From Squalus acanthias (taxonomy: Eukaryota): a stretch of 64,000 nt of DNA. How positions within the stretch are numbered: the first letter of the stretch is position 1; each line of letters starts with the position of its first letter. The notes under the pieces were generated by a model, which was not told where the DNA came from, did no database searches, and saw only the letters and a program-made list of their open reading frames with translations. The DNA lies in NCBI GenBank assembly GCA_030390025.1, contig CM059425.1:172548001-172612000 (forward strand), given 5' to 3'. Made by a program: the position numbers and the translations under genes. Shown here piece after piece: positions 63,134 through 64,000 of the stretch.

Positions 63134-63933
63134 CAGAGCGGGATTAAACGGAGTGGACTTGAACAGAGTGCTTTGGTTGGGAATTTGGAAAGAGTGGGAA
63201 TTTCTGGTAAGTATTGGGTAAGTAGAAGCTGTAAAAAGTGAAATTTAGTTTAAGATTTTGATTTTAACATAGAACTTTAAAACTTTAAAAACTGTATTTA
63301 ACAGAAGCTGACTGCCAGTGGCAGGTAACTGTCAGTCAGGTGTACTCTTTTTGGTGCACACAAAAACAAATAAACTGTAACTTATCTTAAAACATTAAAG
63401 GAAACTTAACAAATTAAATTAAAATTCCATTGCCAGTGGTGATAATGCACTCCAGTCCCTGCGGTGCCCACCGGTCGCGGACACCACGTGCTCCATCTCC
63501 AGGGCCACCCGGGCGCGAACGTGGCCGCGGAAGAGAGTCAGGCCGAACAACCCCCTCGACCGCCCGCTGCTGGACCAGTTAATGGCCACTTTGGCCAGGC
63601 CCAGGAGCAGTCCAATGAGGAGGTCCTCCGACTGCCCGCTCCCCTCCGCACCAGGTGACCAAAGATAAGGAGCGTGGGACTGAAGTGCAGCCAAAAATCG
63701 AGGAGCAGCCCAACCCCTTCAAATAATGGAAATGGGGCTGCAACCTCTGTCAGTCAGGTGTTCGTGCTTGTCTTGAATAGGTGCTAATCACCAGGAGCAG
63801 GGGAGCTGAATCATCACTTGTAAATTGGGTGAGGCTCCAAGTGTATAAAAGTAAACATTTCTACAGAGCGGTCTGCACAGAGCGGAATTAAACGGAGTGG
63901 ACTTGAACAGAGTGCTTCGGTTGGGAATTTGGA
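63134..63933 (+). repeat. About 55-bp direct repeat pair (63134-63189 and 63878-63933), probably CR1 5' UTR fragments
   Basis: cagagcgg(g/a)attaaacggagtggacttgaacagagtgctt(t/c)ggttgggaatttgga occurs twice. Confidence 0.6.
63421..63750 (-). mobile_element. Tx1/L1-clade non-LTR retrotransposon 3' fragment
   Basis: EDLLIGLLLGLAKVAI...LFRGHVRARVALEMEH resembles a Tx1-type ORF2 C-terminus. Confidence 0.65.
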
Positions 63934-64000
63934 GAAAAGAGGGAAGGAGTTGTTTTTTGCCTACACTACTTGTAGTGCTTTGTGTTACAGGTAGATATTT

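Overview
This is vertebrate nuclear DNA, most likely from a cartilaginous fish (shark/ray), judging by the very dense CR1 LINEs, an HE1/V-SINE and Penelope hairpin elements. The window holds the 5' part of the E3 ubiquitin ligase gene PJA2 (praja-2) on the minus strand: a CpG-rich promoter and first exon near 62.1-62.4 kb and four clear coding exons (29405-29599, 17193-18255, 16620-16799, 13828-14034). No RING-encoding exon was found, so it probably lies beyond the left edge. The introns are a nested stack of transposable elements: many CR1 and L2 fragments, a decayed hAT (Charlie/SPIN-like) transposon, Harbinger remnants and MITEs, pogo/Tigger MITEs and a solo LTR. The highlights are: (1) an intact, very young Ty3/Gypsy element with a YLDN reverse-transcriptase motif and no tRNA primer site, carrying instead an 11-nt site complementary to its own LTR (Tf1-like self-priming); (2) two Penelope-derived fold-back insertions with minimal hammerhead ribozyme motifs; (3) a Harbinger-type MITE family with a covarying 18-bp internal hairpin. 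All calls were made by eye without database searches, and boundaries of old repeats are approximate.
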